A DNA stretch of 49,524 bases from Chiloscyllium plagiosum. Taxonomy: Eukaryota. Below the pieces are notes generated by a model that made no database searches, was not told where the DNA came from, and saw only the letters and a program-made list of their open reading frames with translations. The number at the start of each line of letters is the position of its first letter. Position 1 is the first letter of the stretch. The stretch lies in assembly GCF_004010195.1 (NCBI RefSeq), contig NC_057720.1:26972024-27021547 (forward strand). The letters are read 5' to 3'. The position numbers and the translations under genes were made by a program. This document shows, piece after piece, positions 49,302 through 49,524 of this stretch.

Positions 49302-49463
49302 GCTGAAAATGTGTTGCTGGAAAAGCGCAGCAGGTCAGGCAGCATCCAGGGAACAGGAGAATCGACGTTTCGGGCATGAGCCCTTCTTCAGGAATGAGGA
49401 AAGTGTGTCCAGCAGGCTAAGATAAAAGGTAGGGAGGAGGGACTTGGGGGAGGGGCGTTGGAA
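49302..49463 (-). mobile_element. PLE family A 3' fragment; hammerhead at 49364-49391
   Basis: Reverse complement of 1-154. Confidence 0.85.
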
Positions 49464-49524
49464 TTGGGATGAACGTTTCAGAGAATACCTCTGGGACACC
49501 CGGACCAACCAACCCAACCACCCC

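Noticed and set aside
1..49524. CRISPR-like array or prokaryotic system from the repeated ~30-bp hairpin motif
   Set aside because: Copies are dispersed, on both strands and embedded in retroelement termini; the context is vertebrate

Overview
This is AT-rich vertebrate DNA with an elasmobranch (shark) repeat landscape, probably intronic or intergenic. I recognise no intact host protein-coding gene. Nearly all ORF-track entries are transposon fragments, antisense readings of repeats, or run through the 560-N gap (9826-10385). Contents are: many 5'-truncated CR1 LINEs from at least two subfamilies; HE1-type V-SINEs, Deu-type and other tRNA-derived SINEs; old L2 and RTE relics; a very old two-LTR Gypsy-type relic (13747-19755); and two decayed PIF/Harbinger transposons. 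The first Harbinger has a Myb/SANT gene plus a convergent transposase, and is interrupted by a near-perfect 1.4-kb palindrome. The most notable signal is a dense population of Penelope-like element (PLE) termini from three families. Each family carries a minimal type-I hammerhead ribozyme motif (CTGAnGA-A-stem II-GAAA-palindromic stem III-NUH), with family-specific stems that keep base pairing. Many copies are ~80-320 bp units with 10-16 bp target-site duplications or fold-back structure. A few splice-signal-supported exon or microexon candidates are listed at low confidence. All calls come from reading by eye, so boundaries of old elements are approximate.
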